32,000 bases of DNA, taken from Ureaplasma parvum serovar 3 str. ATCC 27815. Lineage in GTDB: Bacteria; Bacillota_I; Bacilli_A; Mycoplasmatales; Mycoplasmoidaceae. The position numbers and the translations under genes are program-made. The stretch spans positions 30,001 through 62,000 of the forward strand of contig NC_010503.1 in assembly GCF_000019345.1 (NCBI RefSeq), given 5' to 3'. Shown here one piece after another: positions 10,358 through 22,798 of the stretch (position 1 is the first letter of the stretch; each line of letters opens with the position of its first letter). A model generated the notes under the pieces. The model did no database searches. It had not been told where the DNA came from and was given only the letters and a program-made list of their open reading frames with translations.

Positions 10358-11749
10358 GTGTTGAATTTAAAACAATATTTAGGTGAAACTAATTTTTATG
10401 ATAAGAAAGAAAAATTAGAAAAGAAAAAAATAAAATCATGACTAAAAAGTGTTTGTACATTTGCTAATGGTCAAGGTGGCAAATTAATATTTGGTGTAAA
10501 TGAAAACAATAATGTTTTAGGATTAGAAAATTATTTAAATGATTCTGAATTTATTAGTGAAACTATTAAAACAAAAATTGATAATATTCCAGAATTTGAT
10601 ATTGAAATTAATGAATACGAAAATAAAATTATTCTAATACTAACAATTTTTCCAGGAAGAAATCCACCATATTTTCTAGTTGATAATGGTTCAAAAACTC
10701 CATATAAAAGAGTTGGTAATCAAAGTGTAATTGCTTCAATTAATGATTTATTAAATTGATGTTTAAGAAGTCAAAATCGCACCTATGATTCATTAGTTTC
10801 TAATAAATTACTAAAAGATGTTAGTTTTTTAATGTTAAAAAATGAATATCAAAAACATACAGAAAATTTATGAGAGGATAAATTTTTAAAATCCTTTGAA
10901 TTAATTGATAACAATAATTACTTAACAAATGCTGGAGCTTTATTTGCTGATGGATATCAAGTTTATCAATCAGGAGTTTTTTGTACTCGTTGAAATGGAA
11001 AGACTAAAACAAATGGTTTAATTGAAGCATTAGATGATGCAGAATTTGAAGGGAATTTACTATTTCTTTTAAATTCAAGTATAAACTTTATTAAAAGAAA
11101 TAGTAAAAACATGTGAAGAAAAGGAGTTTTATATCGTATTCAATATCCTGAATATCCTATAAAAGCAGTGCAAGAAGTAATAGTTAATGCTTTGATTCAT
11201 CGAGATTATTCAATTATTGGTAGTGAAGTACATATTGACATGTATGATGATAGATTAGAAGTATATTCTCCTGGTGGTATGTTTGATGGGAATTTTGTCC
11301 AAAATATCGACCTTTATAATGTATGATCAATTCGCCGTAATCCTATTTTAGCTGATTTATTTGCACGAATGAATTTAATGGAAAGAAGAGGTTCTGGTTT
11401 AAAAAATATTTTAGAAATTTATGCATCTAAAGAAAATTATCGAGAAGATTTAAAACCGGAGTTTCGTTCAACTGAATCTGCTTTCTTTGTTGTTTTAAAA
11501 AATTTAAATTATCAAGAGCAAAATATATCAAAAAATGAAAATCAAAAAATATCCCCTAGCCAAAGACGTAAAAAAATCATAGAATTTATCGGACAAAATC
11601 CAAAAACAACAGCTTATGAATTAACAAAAATATTTTTTGTTTCAATTAATACCATTGAACGCGATCTAGCTAAATTAGTACATGATGGATATGTTGAATT
11701 TGTGGGATCATCAAAAAATGGTGAATGAAAAATTAAAACTAATCAATAA
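10358..11749 (+). CDS. AlbA_2 / HATPase-type putative transcriptional regulator or RecG-like ATP-binding protein with C-terminal winged helix
   Basis: Single frame with TGA=Trp, GTG (10358) or TTG (10361) start after AAGGAGA. Contains LKSVCTFANGQGGKLIFGVNENNNVLGLEN, PGRNPPYFLVDNGSKTPYKRVGNQSVIAS, VQEVIVNALIHRDYSIIGSEVHIDMYDDRLEVYSPGGM, LFARMNLMERRGSGLKNI and HTH-like RRKKIIEFIGQNPKTTAYELTKIFFVSINTIERDLAKL. Confidence 0.85.
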
Positions 11750-11824
11750 ATCACGTTGTTAAAAAATTTTCTCTTCTTTAATCTTGTTATAATTCTTAGT
11801 TAGTAATAGTTTAGGTGGTTAAAC

Positions 11825-13669
11825 GTGAAAAAATATGATGTAATTGTCATTGGTGCTGGACACGCAGGATTAGAAGCAGCTTTTGCAACTTCTAATCTTA
11901 ATTTACAAACAGCATTAATTACATTGGATGAAAAAGGGATTGGGATGATGCCATGCAATCCTTCAATAGGAGGGCCGGCTAAAGGAATTGTTACACGTGA
12001 AATTGATGCCCTTGGTGGTATTCAAGGTAAGGCAGCTGATGCTACAACAATGCAAATGAAAATCTTAAATTCATCAAAAGGACCAGGTGTTTGAGCGATT
12101 CGTGCACAAATTGATAAAATTGCTTACCAACGATGATTTAAGCAACAAATTAAACAACAAAAAAATTTAGATTTAATCATTGCTGAGGTTAGTGATCTAT
12201 TAGTAGAAAATAACATTGTTAAAGGTGTTGTTTTAAGTGATCAAAAAATCATCCAAGCTGATTATGTAATTATTACAACAGGAACTTATTTAAAATCAAT
12301 TACTCATCGTGGTTCGGTTTGTGTTGATGAAGGAGCAGATGGTACAAAAAATGCTAAATTTTTAAGTGATGCATTAGTGAAATTAGGATTTGAGTTAATT
12401 CGTTTAAAAACAGGGACTCCTGCAAGAATTAAAAAAGATTCGATTGATTTTACAAATATGATTCTTGAACCTGGTACAAATCAAAAAATTGCTTTTAGTC
12501 ACTATCACCCTGTTTATAAACCTTATGACGAACAACTTCCTTGTCATATTATTTATACAAACGAACAAACTCACCAAATTATTCGAGAAAATTTAAATAA
12601 ATCAGCAATGTATGGGGGTATGATTTCTGGAATTGGGCCACGTTATTGCCCTTCAATTGAAGATAAAATTGTTAAATTTAGTGAAAAACCGCGTCACCAA
12701 ATTTTTGTTGAACCAGAATCTTATGAATTAGATTCAATGTACTTAGGTGGTTTTTCTACTTCAATGCCAATCGATGTTCAAGAAAAAATGATTCGTAGTT
12801 TACCAGGATTAGAAAACTGTGAAATACTAAAATATGCTTACGCTATTGAATATGATGCTATTGATCCAACCCAACTATATCCTAGTTTAGAATCAAAATT
12901 AGTTAATAATTTATTTTTTGCTGGTCAAATCAATGGAACTAGTGGCTATGAAGAAGCAGCGGCCCAAGGATTAATGGCTGCAATTAATGTTAATCAAAAA
13001 TATCAAAATAAAGAACCTGTCATTTTAGGTCGTGATCAAGCATATATTGGCGTTATGATTGATGATATTGTTACCAAAGGCGTTGTTGAACCATATCGTT
13101 TACTAACAAGCCGTGCGGAACACCGATTAGCATTAAGAAATGATAATGCTGATGATCGATTAATGAAAATTGGTTTTGAAATTGGTTTATTAAAACCAGA
13201 AGTATATGACCAATACTTAAATAATTTAAAACAAATTAAAGAAATCTTAAACTGATTAAAAACAACAACTGTTGGCCAAATTGATGACTTAAAATTTACA
13301 ACTCTAAAAACAAATAGTTATTTAATCGATTATTTAAAACGTCCTGAAATTAAATTAAATGATTTATTAATTTATTGTCCTATAAAAATTGAAGATGAAC
13401 AAATTATCAATAAGGTACAAATTCAAGTTAAATTTGAAGGTTATATTAAAAATCAAGAAGAAAACTTAAAACAATTAAAGCGTTTAAATAATATTAAACT
13501 TCATGCAATTGTTGATTATAAAGAAGTGCCAAATATTTCTTTAGAAACAATTGATAAATTAAATAAGATTAAACCTCTTGATCTTGAACAAGCAAGTCGG
13601 ATTAGTGGGGTTAATTTAACAGACATTGCAATGATTAAATATTATTTAGAAAGAATTAAAAATGACTAG
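11825..13669 (+). CDS. mnmG: tRNA uridine-5-carboxymethylaminomethyl(34) synthesis enzyme MnmG
   Basis: 614 aa, GTG start, TGA=Trp read-through. [93 protein letters not shown]. Confidence 0.98.
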
Positions 13670-14372
13670 AAAAGATTTTTTTAATGTTTTAACTAGATAT
13701 TTTCCTTGAGTTGATGAACAAACTTTTATGAGTTTTGAAAAGTATAAAACAATTATTCAAAAATATAATCAAATTTTTAATTTGACAAGACTTGATAGTG
13801 ATGATAAGATTTACCAAAATTTCTTTTTAGATTCACTTGCACCTTATAAAGAACTAGATTTTTTTACACAAAATACTAATCTTAAATTAATTGATATTGG
13901 TTCTGGTTCTGGAATTCCAGGGGTTGTTTTAAAGATTATTTTTAAAAATTTAAATTTAACATTATTAGAAGCTAATCAAAAACGATGTGAATTTCTTAAA
14001 ATATTAACTCAAGAATTAGGTTTAAATGATGTCTTAATTTGAAATATGCGTGCTGAAGATTTAACACAATCGATGCGTGAATCTTTTGATATTGCAACTT
14101 CAAGAGCTGTTGCATCATTAGATAAAATTTTAGAAATTTCAGCCGCATTTGTTAAAGTTAATGGTTATTTAATTCAACCAAAATCAATAAAATTTTATGA
14201 AGAAGAACTAAAAGCAAAAAATATTATAAAAACTTTGTATTTAGAAAGAATCGCTTTAAAAGATTTTTGAGAAAATGATTATCATCATTTAGTTGGTGTT
14301 TATTTAAAAAAACAAATCACTCCACTACAATTTCCTCGTCCTTGAAATCTAATTCTTAAAAAACCACTCTAA
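13662..14372 (+). CDS. rsmG: 16S rRNA (guanine(527)-N(7))-methyltransferase RsmG
   Basis: Starts inside the mnmG 3' end (ATG overlaps by 8 nt), 236 aa with TGA=Trp. FNLTRLDSDDKIYQNFFLDSL, LIDIGSGSGIPGVVLKI, ATSRAVASLDKILEI. Confidence 0.95.
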
Positions 14373-14394
14373 TTATTTATAAAGGAGTTATATT

Positions 14395-14757
14395 ATGAGT
14401 TCATTACCAGTTATTATTTTAGTAATTGGCATTTTTGGGTCTATTTTTCTAGTAATAGGATATATTCCCCAAGTAATTAAAGTTATCAAAACAAAACGAA
14501 CAGATGGAATTTCATTAACATTTTTAATTTCTTTAAACATCGCTTGTTTTCTATTTGTAATATATAGTATATTAGTAATGATTTTTAACAAACATAATGG
14601 TATTCCTACTGCTTTACCATTATGTCTTGCAAACACCATAGTAGGAATTTTAGGTCTAGTTATTTTAATTTATAAAGTTAAAAACATTAAAAAAGCTAAA
14701 TTATATTTAATGGATGAAAAGACATATTATGAAAAATATGTCTTAAATAATTTATAA
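14395..14757 (+). CDS. PQ-loop / SemiSWEET-like small membrane protein
   Basis: 120 aa, three predicted TM segments, PQ motif context [38 protein letters not shown]. Confidence 0.75.
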
Positions 14758-15173
14758 TGTCTCCAATTAGTATTGAATTAATAATTCAAATAAGTATTGG
14801 ATTAAGTGCTAGCCTAATTTTATTGTTTGCTTTCTTACCACAAACACTTTTAACTATTAAAACTAAAAATACTGCTGCATTAACAATTAGTATGTTTATT
14901 ATTTGTTTTATTGCACGTTTATGTTTTAGTTTAAGTGCTATTCTAACAATTATCGTCTATATTCATAATCAGAATTATGGTTTATCTTTATATGCGCTTA
15001 CACTTCCTGTTTTAATATGTCATGGTATTAATATGTTATTAAATTTAATTATTGCTTTTATAAAAATCAATAATGTTTATAAAGCCAAAATCCATAAAAT
15101 GAATGAGAATGAATATATTATTTTTGCTTATGCTCAAAAATTAAAGGAAAAAGTATCGATAAAAAATAAATAA
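14757..15173 (+). CDS. PQ-loop domain-like membrane protein (second of pair)
   Basis: Starts at the last base of the preceding stop codon (taATG). FAFLPQTLLTIKTKNTAALTISMFIICFIARLCFSLSAIL has the same PQ-loop spacing; 138 aa. Confidence 0.65.
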   Translation: MSPISIELIIQISIGLSASLILLFAFLPQTLLTIKTKNTAALTISMFIICFIARLCFSLSAILTIIVYIHNQNYGLSLYALTLPVLICHGINMLLNLIIAFIKINNVYKAKIHKMNENEYIIFAYAQKLKEKVSIKNK

Positions 15174-15226
15174 TTTACACAATAAATTTACATAAATATT
15201 TATTTTATTTTTTTAAAAAATTGTTC

Positions 15227-15244
15227 TTTTTTTTTTTTTTTTTT
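15227..15244. repeat. Long poly-T tract (about 18 nt) upstream of the MIP/MIB array
   Basis: Uninterrupted T run directly after 'ttgttc', about 95 bp upstream of the first MIP start codon. Exact endpoints may be off by a base or two. Confidence 0.85.
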
Positions 15245-15269
15245 GCTTTATAATTAAAAAACATTCAAG

Positions 15270-15296
15270 TTGACTATAAATTTGAGTATTTACACT
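15270..15296 (+). promoter_or_regulatory. Candidate promoter for the MIP/MIB array
   Basis: ttgact ... tacact with 15-nt spacing (short) between the poly-T tract and the 15340 start codon. Weak call from sequence only. Confidence 0.3.
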
Positions 15297-15339
15297 TCAT
15301 ATTCAATGATGCAAAAGCATTATTAGTTAGGAAAAATTT

Positions 15340-17856
15340 ATGAAAAAGTTAAAATTAATCACTTTAAGTTTATCGCCTATTCCTATCGTCGCGATCATGG
15401 CTACAGCATGTAGTACAACAAAAAAAGAAAAAGAAGTAGATCATAAACAAGATGAATTAACTACTATAAATAATAATTTACAATTAGAATATCCACAAAA
15501 CAAAGATATAGAAACATCAGCAGCAATAAAGGAAGAAATAAAGCCTTTAAATTTGCCGTCTGGTGTTGTTTTTAGCATTAAAGAAATTAGTCCTAAAGCA
15601 AATGATGAAAGTACATTAATAGTTAAATACACCCTTAAAAAGGGAAACATAACTAAAGAATTTAAAAAAGAAATTAATGGATTTAAAAAAATTCGTAAAG
15701 ATCAAAATATCGCTAATCTAAAAGACATGCATGATGATTTTAAAACAATTTTTAATAACATTAAATTAAAAGATACGTTCGATTTTAAACTAAAAGGTCT
15801 TTTTAACTCAAATTTTGGTGAATACGATAAATTATTACCATCACAAATTATTAACAATTTTGCACAAGGTGTAGAAACTAGAATTAATACTAACCAAGAT
15901 CGTTTAGGTATTGAAGTTATAGATGTTAGTTATCCAAATAAAAATTTTGGTTCTGCTAATCGTGAAGGTAATTTAAAAATGTCACTATTAGTAACTGATA
16001 AAAAAACAAAACAAGTTTTCATTAAATCAATAATTGCGTATGGTTTTAAAACTAATGCAATGGGTTTAGATGAGAATGGCTCAATTCCAGGTGGTGGTGC
16101 TGATCTTGTTAAACCTAAAGTTGATGAAAATAATTATTTTAATAAAACTCAATTAGAAAGATATGAAATTGATAATCAAGCTTATTTAAATGGTTTAAAA
16201 GGCCAACATATGGGTAAAACTTGACAACAAGTGCGTCCTGAACTTGGTGATAATGAACAAAAAATTAATGAATTTGATCAAAAAGCTAAAGGTGTAAGTC
16301 AAGATGCTTATGCGTCTGCTGCTTATAAAGGTTTTACACTCCCAGTGTATGATAAAAATGGTGATTTTAAAGGTTTATCAATTAATGAAAGTAGTTACGG
16401 CCAAGCTCGTTCATGAGTTGATACAAGAGGTCGTGACGAATGAAAAACCACTGGTTTACCACGAACTTTACCAAACGAAAAATATCGTGATGAAGCTTTA
16501 CAAACATTAGGGATTAGTTCTTTAACTTTAAAAGATGGAAAAAAAGATACTTGAGATAAATCTTCAGGAACAACATGAATCTTAGATTATCAAAAAACAA
16601 ATGATAATAAATATCCTACAAAATGATATTTTGCAACTAATTTACATGTTGCAGATACTATTACAGATAAAACAACTTCTATTGATTTAATGAAATTAAT
16701 GGATAGTGTTAAAACTAAAACAACTTTACGTTTAAGTAATTTAGATGAAAATATTTATCGTTTTGGTTTTGCAAGTAAAAATAACAAATTTTTATTAAAT
16801 CATGGTCTTAAAAAAATATATGATGGTCGAAATTTCTTAAAAACTAAACCTACAGAATACTTAACAGAACAACAAAAAGAAAAATACAAAGATGCAGGTA
16901 GTTTTGTTGATTTTGCAGTTTTTGAATTAGATTTCGAACAATTAAAATTACTTAATGTTTGAAACAATCAACTTAACTCAAATGGCGGTGTAATTACTAA
17001 ATATGATCATTCTTCTGCACAAGATCTTGCAAAAATTATTACAAGTGATTATGCAAACCATAGTGATAAACAAATTAAATTCTTATCCAAATCATATTTA
17101 AATGATTATTCTAAAATTGATGTTCCTCTAAGATCTACATCATATAAATTCGAAGGAAAAGATGAATTATTTGCTCTTGGATGACCTAATTCAACTAGAG
17201 ATGGTTTTTTTGAACGTTATGTGGATGATGATCAAACTAAATATCGTACAACAGATAATTTTAGTTTATGAACAAATTCTGATTATCGTTTTTTTGGCAA
17301 ACTAACAGAGCAAGAAGGTGGGCAACCCGCTTTCCCAACAGAACGAACTGAACGTGGTAATTACTTGTCTTATGCGATTGGTTACCGTAGTTTTATCGAT
17401 AAACCTGGTGTTCTAGATGCCTTTATTTCTGCTCCTCATACTGGCAATGATTTATATAAATCTCTTGATGGTAAAAAATATATTAATATGGGTTTGGAAT
17501 ATATGCCTAGACATTATGCTCCAGCAGGAGGTGCATCTGGTTCAAGTGTGCGAAATCAAAACAATGAAATTGTAGGAATTTATCATGTAAGTAATGAATT
17601 TGCTAGCACCGGCTTAGCAACTGCTTTTCGTTCTGAAGGATATGATTATAAAGGCTTATATGGTGATAAATACAAAGAATTACCACAATATGACTTAATT
17701 TATGGCGGTGGAAAAGATCAAGCTACAGGTCAATCATATCGTGAAAAAATGAAAGAAATATATAAAAATAATAACAATATTAAAACAGCATTATTTCCAA
17801 ATGGTTTTGACCAATATGATGAAAAGTTTAAATTTAATAACAATCAAAGTAAATAA
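15340..17856 (+). CDS. MIP-like Ig-specific serine endopeptidase (DUF31 lipoprotein), copy 1
   Basis: Track ORFs 15340-16224, 16231-16416, 16690-16962 and 17365-17856 share a frame (838 aa). Lipobox MKKLKLITLSLSPIPIVAIMATAC. Triad-like segments WYFATNLHVAD (His436), SFVDFAVFELDF (Asp524), HYAPAGGASGSSVRNQNNEIVGIYHV (Ser733). Confidence 0.9.
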
Positions 17857-17878
17857 AGGTTAGGTTTAAATAATAAAA

Positions 17879-20227
17879 ATGAAATTTATTAAACGTAAAA
17901 CAAAATTATTAACGATTACAATTGGTGCAGTTGCTGTTAGTTCAATCTTATTAGGAGGAATTTTTTATGGTACAAGTCAAAAAAGTCCCTCAAGTTTTGG
18001 TATTGCTTCTATTGATCAAAAAGAAAATTTTATTAATAAAGACAATTTAGATTACCAAAAAGCAAGACCATCAATTAAAGATAGTAACTTAAAAGAAATT
18101 CCCAAACCTAAACCTCAACCAAAACCTAAGCCTCAACCAACTCCATTTCCAGATCCCATCCCAACACCTCCAAAAAAAGAAGAGCTAAAAAAACCAGATA
18201 TTAAACCAGAAGAACCTAAAAAACCTGAAATTAAACCAGAACCAAAACCTGAGCCTATTCCTCAACCAGCCCCTCCTATTGAAACAAAACCAAAAGAAGA
18301 ATTATTACCACCCAACCCTCCGCCTCCAAAAGAAGAACCAAAACCAGAACCAAATCCGCAACCACAGCCACAACAGGTTCCAAACAATAGTAATTCACGA
18401 ATTATAGAAATTAATGGTGTAAGAGTGGAAGCTGAAGTTGAAGTCCCTCCCCCTCGTGATATTGCTGAATATGATAAACAAAATAATCTGGTTAACCCTA
18501 ATCCATACATTAATGATAGTGTTGGTAAAATTAAAAACGTAAAGGTTACCGATGAATTGCGAAAAGCAACAGGTAAATTGGTCCAAGGAAATTTAGGACG
18601 TTGAGATTACAAACATTTAATTAATGATTTATTAACTCTTAAACCAGAGGAAATAGAAAAATATGTAAAAAACGATAAAAGCGGTTATTATGCAAAAGTT
18701 TGATATCGTTTTTCAAGATTATTTGAATCTGAAAATGTTGTTAATTTTTTAACTGAACAAGGTAAAAAAGAATATCCTGAAATGAAGTCTAAATTTGTTT
18801 CAAAAGACCATAAATATGCATGGCTTTATCAACATTTAGACTTAACAAAGTTTACACAATTATCAAATGAATCAGAATCTTATTTAAAAGAAGGCTATAC
18901 ACCTGATCCTGATAATGCATATGTTGATGAAAATGGAAAAATTAGTTCTCACGCATATTCACCTGCCAAAGGTTATAATTCGGTAACAAGTCGAATGGAA
19001 AATGATAATTGAAATCGGCGTGTTTTCGGTTATAAAAGTTGGTATGGACGTACTCCTGGAAATTTAGTTGAAGGTAATTATCCTGGTTGAAAGAAAACAA
19101 ATGTAACCCAAGAATTCCATCAATATGGCGTTAGCGATGGTGATGGAATTACAGTTAATAAATTAACTCGTGAAAAAACTGAAGATGGTCGTTTAAATGA
19201 AGGATATGTTATTGATATTGATGCTGATAATCCACAAGGTTATGAAAAAACAAAAAAATTAATTCAAACTTTAAAAGAAAAAAATATCAATATCACAGGG
19301 TATAGAATTCATAATATGGGGAAATCAGATTCAAGTCAAAAATTTGTTGATATTCTAAAAACATTACCAAATCAATTGCCTTTATTAGAATTGTTTTTCT
19401 CCGCTGGTTCGCATAATACCTCTTCATTAATCGCACTGAAGGATAAAAAAATTAAAGAATTAGGTTTGTTCACACTAGGAAATTCATTATTAGATGAATG
19501 ATCAATTAATCCTAATGCCTTACGAAATGTTGAATGAATTAATTCAAACGATTATAATGTTTCATTTAATTATAAACAAGGTGCAGATATCGCTACTCGT
19601 ATTACTTTTGATACTTTAGCTTTTGATGAAAGTGATTATAATGACAATGCATCTGACATTAAATCAAAATTAAAACAAATTAATGATGGTTTACGAATGG
19701 TTTATTGAACAAGAAATAATGAACCAATTTTTCAGGGTAGTTTTGGACCTGGTTTAGATCCTGACCACAAAGAATCAGGCAACAGTTATCCACAAGGATT
19801 AGATTTTAGTCGTGTCCCTCAAATTCGCTCATTACGGGGTTTAATATTTAAAGATGAACAAAAAACATCAAATAATAAAGATCGTAAATTACGAAGAATT
19901 AATTTTTACAATAACAGCACAACTTATAAAATGTCTATTGAGGACTTAAATGAAGCCGGATTTAACGAACATATTGTAAGTGGTGAACCTGGTGAAAAAA
20001 GTAAAATTACTTTTAGCAATGGTTCTGGTACAACTAAAATCCAAATTGATGGTGATCAAGAATTGTCAGCAAATGGAATTAGTAACTTATCAGCAATGTT
20101 TAATTTTGCTGAAAGTTTACAACGGACAATTGTTGTAAATAATACCAACTCACCACTTGCAAATCAACTAAGAAATGCGGGATATAGTGTTGAATCAACA
20201 ACTAACGCTGGACTAATAGATATTTAA
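17879..20227 (+). CDS. MIB-like immunoglobulin-blocking/binding membrane protein, copy 1
   Basis: Track ORFs 17879-18604, 18782-19012, 19316-19501 and 19931-20227 in one frame (782 aa). N-terminal TM anchor ITIGAVAVSSILLGGIFYG, Pro/Lys/Glu-rich linker, then conserved EINGVRVEAEVEVPPPRDIAEYDKQN..., IINTGYRIHNMGKSDSSQKF-type and SYPQGLDFSRVPQIRSLRGLIF blocks. Immediately follows a MIP gene. Confidence 0.88.
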
Positions 20228-20257
20228 TCTTTATTTAAAAATTTTGGACAAAAATGT

Positions 20258-22762
20258 ATGAAAAAAAATAAGTTAACTACTCTCGCTTTAATATTACCAA
20301 TTACAATTTTAACTCCTATTGTTATTGCCTCATGTACAAATAAAACTAAAGTTAAAAAATCATCATCTTTAGATAAGATTGCTTCAAATTTAAAATTAGA
20401 GTATTTTAATAACAAAGCTAATACTAAAGCATCAAGTGTGCAAAAAGATGAAATTAAAAAACCACTAAATTTACCAAATGATGTTGTTTTTAGTGTTAAA
20501 GACGTTTTTGTTAGTCACAAAGATCAAAGTGTATTAATTGTCAAATACACTTTAAAAAAAGGGAATGAAATTCAAGAGTATACTTATGAAATTAAAGGTT
20601 TTAAATCTGTTTATGAAAAAGATAAAATCGTTAATGATTTAAGTCAAGCAAACGAAGATTTTAAAAAAATTGTTAATAATATCAGGTTAAAAGATACATT
20701 TGATTTTAAACTAGCAGCTTTTCCTAATCAAAATTATGACCAATTATTACCATCACAAATTTATAAAAATTATTATCAAGGTATTGAAATTCAACAACAC
20801 AAATATCAAAATGAATTAGATATTAAAATTATTAATTTTTTATATCCTGATGGTGATTTTGGTTCGGCAAATAAAAATGGTACTTTAAAATTATCATTAA
20901 TGTTAACTGATAAAAAAAATAATCAAGTTTACTATAAACTTTTAGAGGTTTCTGGCTTTAAATCTAATCCCTATGGTGTTGATGAAAATGGAACAATTCC
21001 TGGAATTGGTACAGAACGTTTAAAACCTAAAAATCAAGACGATTATTTTTCAAAAACTCAATTGCAACGTTATGAAATTGATAATGAAGGATATCTTCAA
21101 ATTTTAAAACGCCAAAATAATGATAAAAATTGAAAAGAGTTGCGCCCTGATTTAAATGCAACTGTTAGTGATATTAAACATTTTGATGAAAAAGCAAAAA
21201 ACGTGGGTCAAGATTCTTATGAATCTGCTGCTTATAAAGGTTTTACATTACCTGTTTATGAAAGTGATGGCAAAATCAGTGGTTTAGCATTAGCAGGTAA
21301 AGATACACCAAAAGGGCCGTCATGAGTTGACGCAATTGGACGTAACCAATGACAAATTGGTGGTTTACCACGAACATTGCCAAATGAAAAATATCGACAA
21401 GAAGCAATGCAAACATTTAGTTTAGGAATTTTAAATAACGATTCGCACAAGAACAATACTTATAATAAAACTGCAGGTACAACATGAATTTTAGATTATC
21501 AAAAAACAAGTGATAATAAATATCCTACAAAATGATATTTTGCTACAAATTTACATGTTGCAGATGCGATAAATGAAAATACTTTATCGATTAATTTAAT
21601 GCGATTAATGGATTCTGCACAAATTAAAACTACTTTTAGATTAAGTAATTTAGATGAGAATATTTATAATTTTGGTTTTCGAAGTAAAGAACATGGCAAA
21701 AATCTTTTAAACCATGGACTTAAAAAAATTTTTGATGGCCGTGATTTTTTAAAAACAAAACCGGCTGAATATTTGATTAATTCACAAAAAGAAAAATATA
21801 AAGATGTTGGTAATTTTACAGATTTTGCTGTTTTTGAATTAGATTTTGAAAAATTAGAATTAGTTAATGTTTGAAAAAATTTTTTAGGTGAAAATAATGG
21901 GTTAGTAACAAAATATAATAATTACAATCCTCAAGAGTTGGCTAAAGTCATTACAAGTAATTATGCTAATAATAAAAATAACCAGATTAAATTCTTATCT
22001 AAATCATATTTAAGTGATTATTCTAAAATTGATGTTCCTTTAAAATATAGACAAGAAGACGCTAAAACATGATTTAAAAAATACGATGAATTATTTGCAT
22101 TAGGTTGACCTAATTCAACAGAAGATTTCTTCTTTAAAGCTTATGTTGATGATGACCAATTAAAATACCGTACTCGCGATAATTTTAGTTTATGAACAAA
22201 TTCTGATTACCGATTTTTTAATAATTTAACTCAACAAGAAGGTGGTCAGCCTGCTTTTCCGCCAGAACGTACTGAACGAGGTAATTATTTATCTTATGCA
22301 ATTGGATTCCGTAGTTTTATTCAAAAACCTGGAATAGTTGACGCATTTATTGCAGTTCCCCAAATTGGGAATAATTTATACACATCCAGTGATAATAAAA
22401 AATATATTAATATGGGACTAGAGTATTTACCCAAACATTTTGCACCAGCAGGTGGTGCTTCTGGAACAAGTGTACGCAATCAAAAAAATGAATTGGTTGC
22501 TATCTATCATGCTAAATATGATTCATCAAAAACAGGTCTAGCTGCTGCTTTTCGATCTGAAGGTTATGATTATCAAGGATTATATGGAAATTATAATTTA
22601 CCACAATATGATTTAATTTATGGCGGTGGAAAAGATCAAACCGAAAAGAAATCATACCGAGAAGCGATGAAGGATATATATCAAAATAACAATATTAAAA
22701 CAGCATTATTTCCTGATGGATTCGATAAGATTCCTGATGAATTCAAATTTAATAATAATTAA
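20258..22762 (+). CDS. MIP-like Ig-specific serine endopeptidase (DUF31 lipoprotein), copy 2
   Basis: Track ORFs 20258-21133, 21140-21325, 21599-21874 and 22412-22762 share a frame (834 aa). Lipobox LALILPITILTPIVIASC; WYFATNLHVAD, NFTDFAVFELDF, HFAPAGGASGTSVRNQKNELVAIYHA. Confidence 0.9.
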
Positions 22763-22798
22763 AAATAAATTATCTTTAATTGAAAGGATTGTTGGTAT

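Noticed and set aside
10358-11749. Considered as a transposase or mobile-element gene because of its accessory context
   Set aside because: Sequence fits AlbA_2 plus ALxHRDY/HATPase-like and winged-helix segments; no transposase or integrase motifs or terminal inverted repeats found.
14388-14639. Minus-strand ORFs 14388-14639, 15441-15650, 20224-20415, 21256-21456, 27395-27727 and 31014-31262
   Set aside because: All lie antisense to clearly supported genes and have low-complexity or unrecognisable products.
16304-16510. Plus-strand out-of-frame ORF inside MIP1, and the similar 26219-26401 ORF inside MIP3
   Set aside because: Overlap well supported MIP coding frames and have no recognisable features.
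18262-18510. Minus-strand Gly-rich ORF (82 aa, CCGCGCGFGSGFGSSFGGGG)
   Set aside because: Antisense shadow of the Pro-rich linker of MIB1; no independent coding support. The same applies to 18395-18586.
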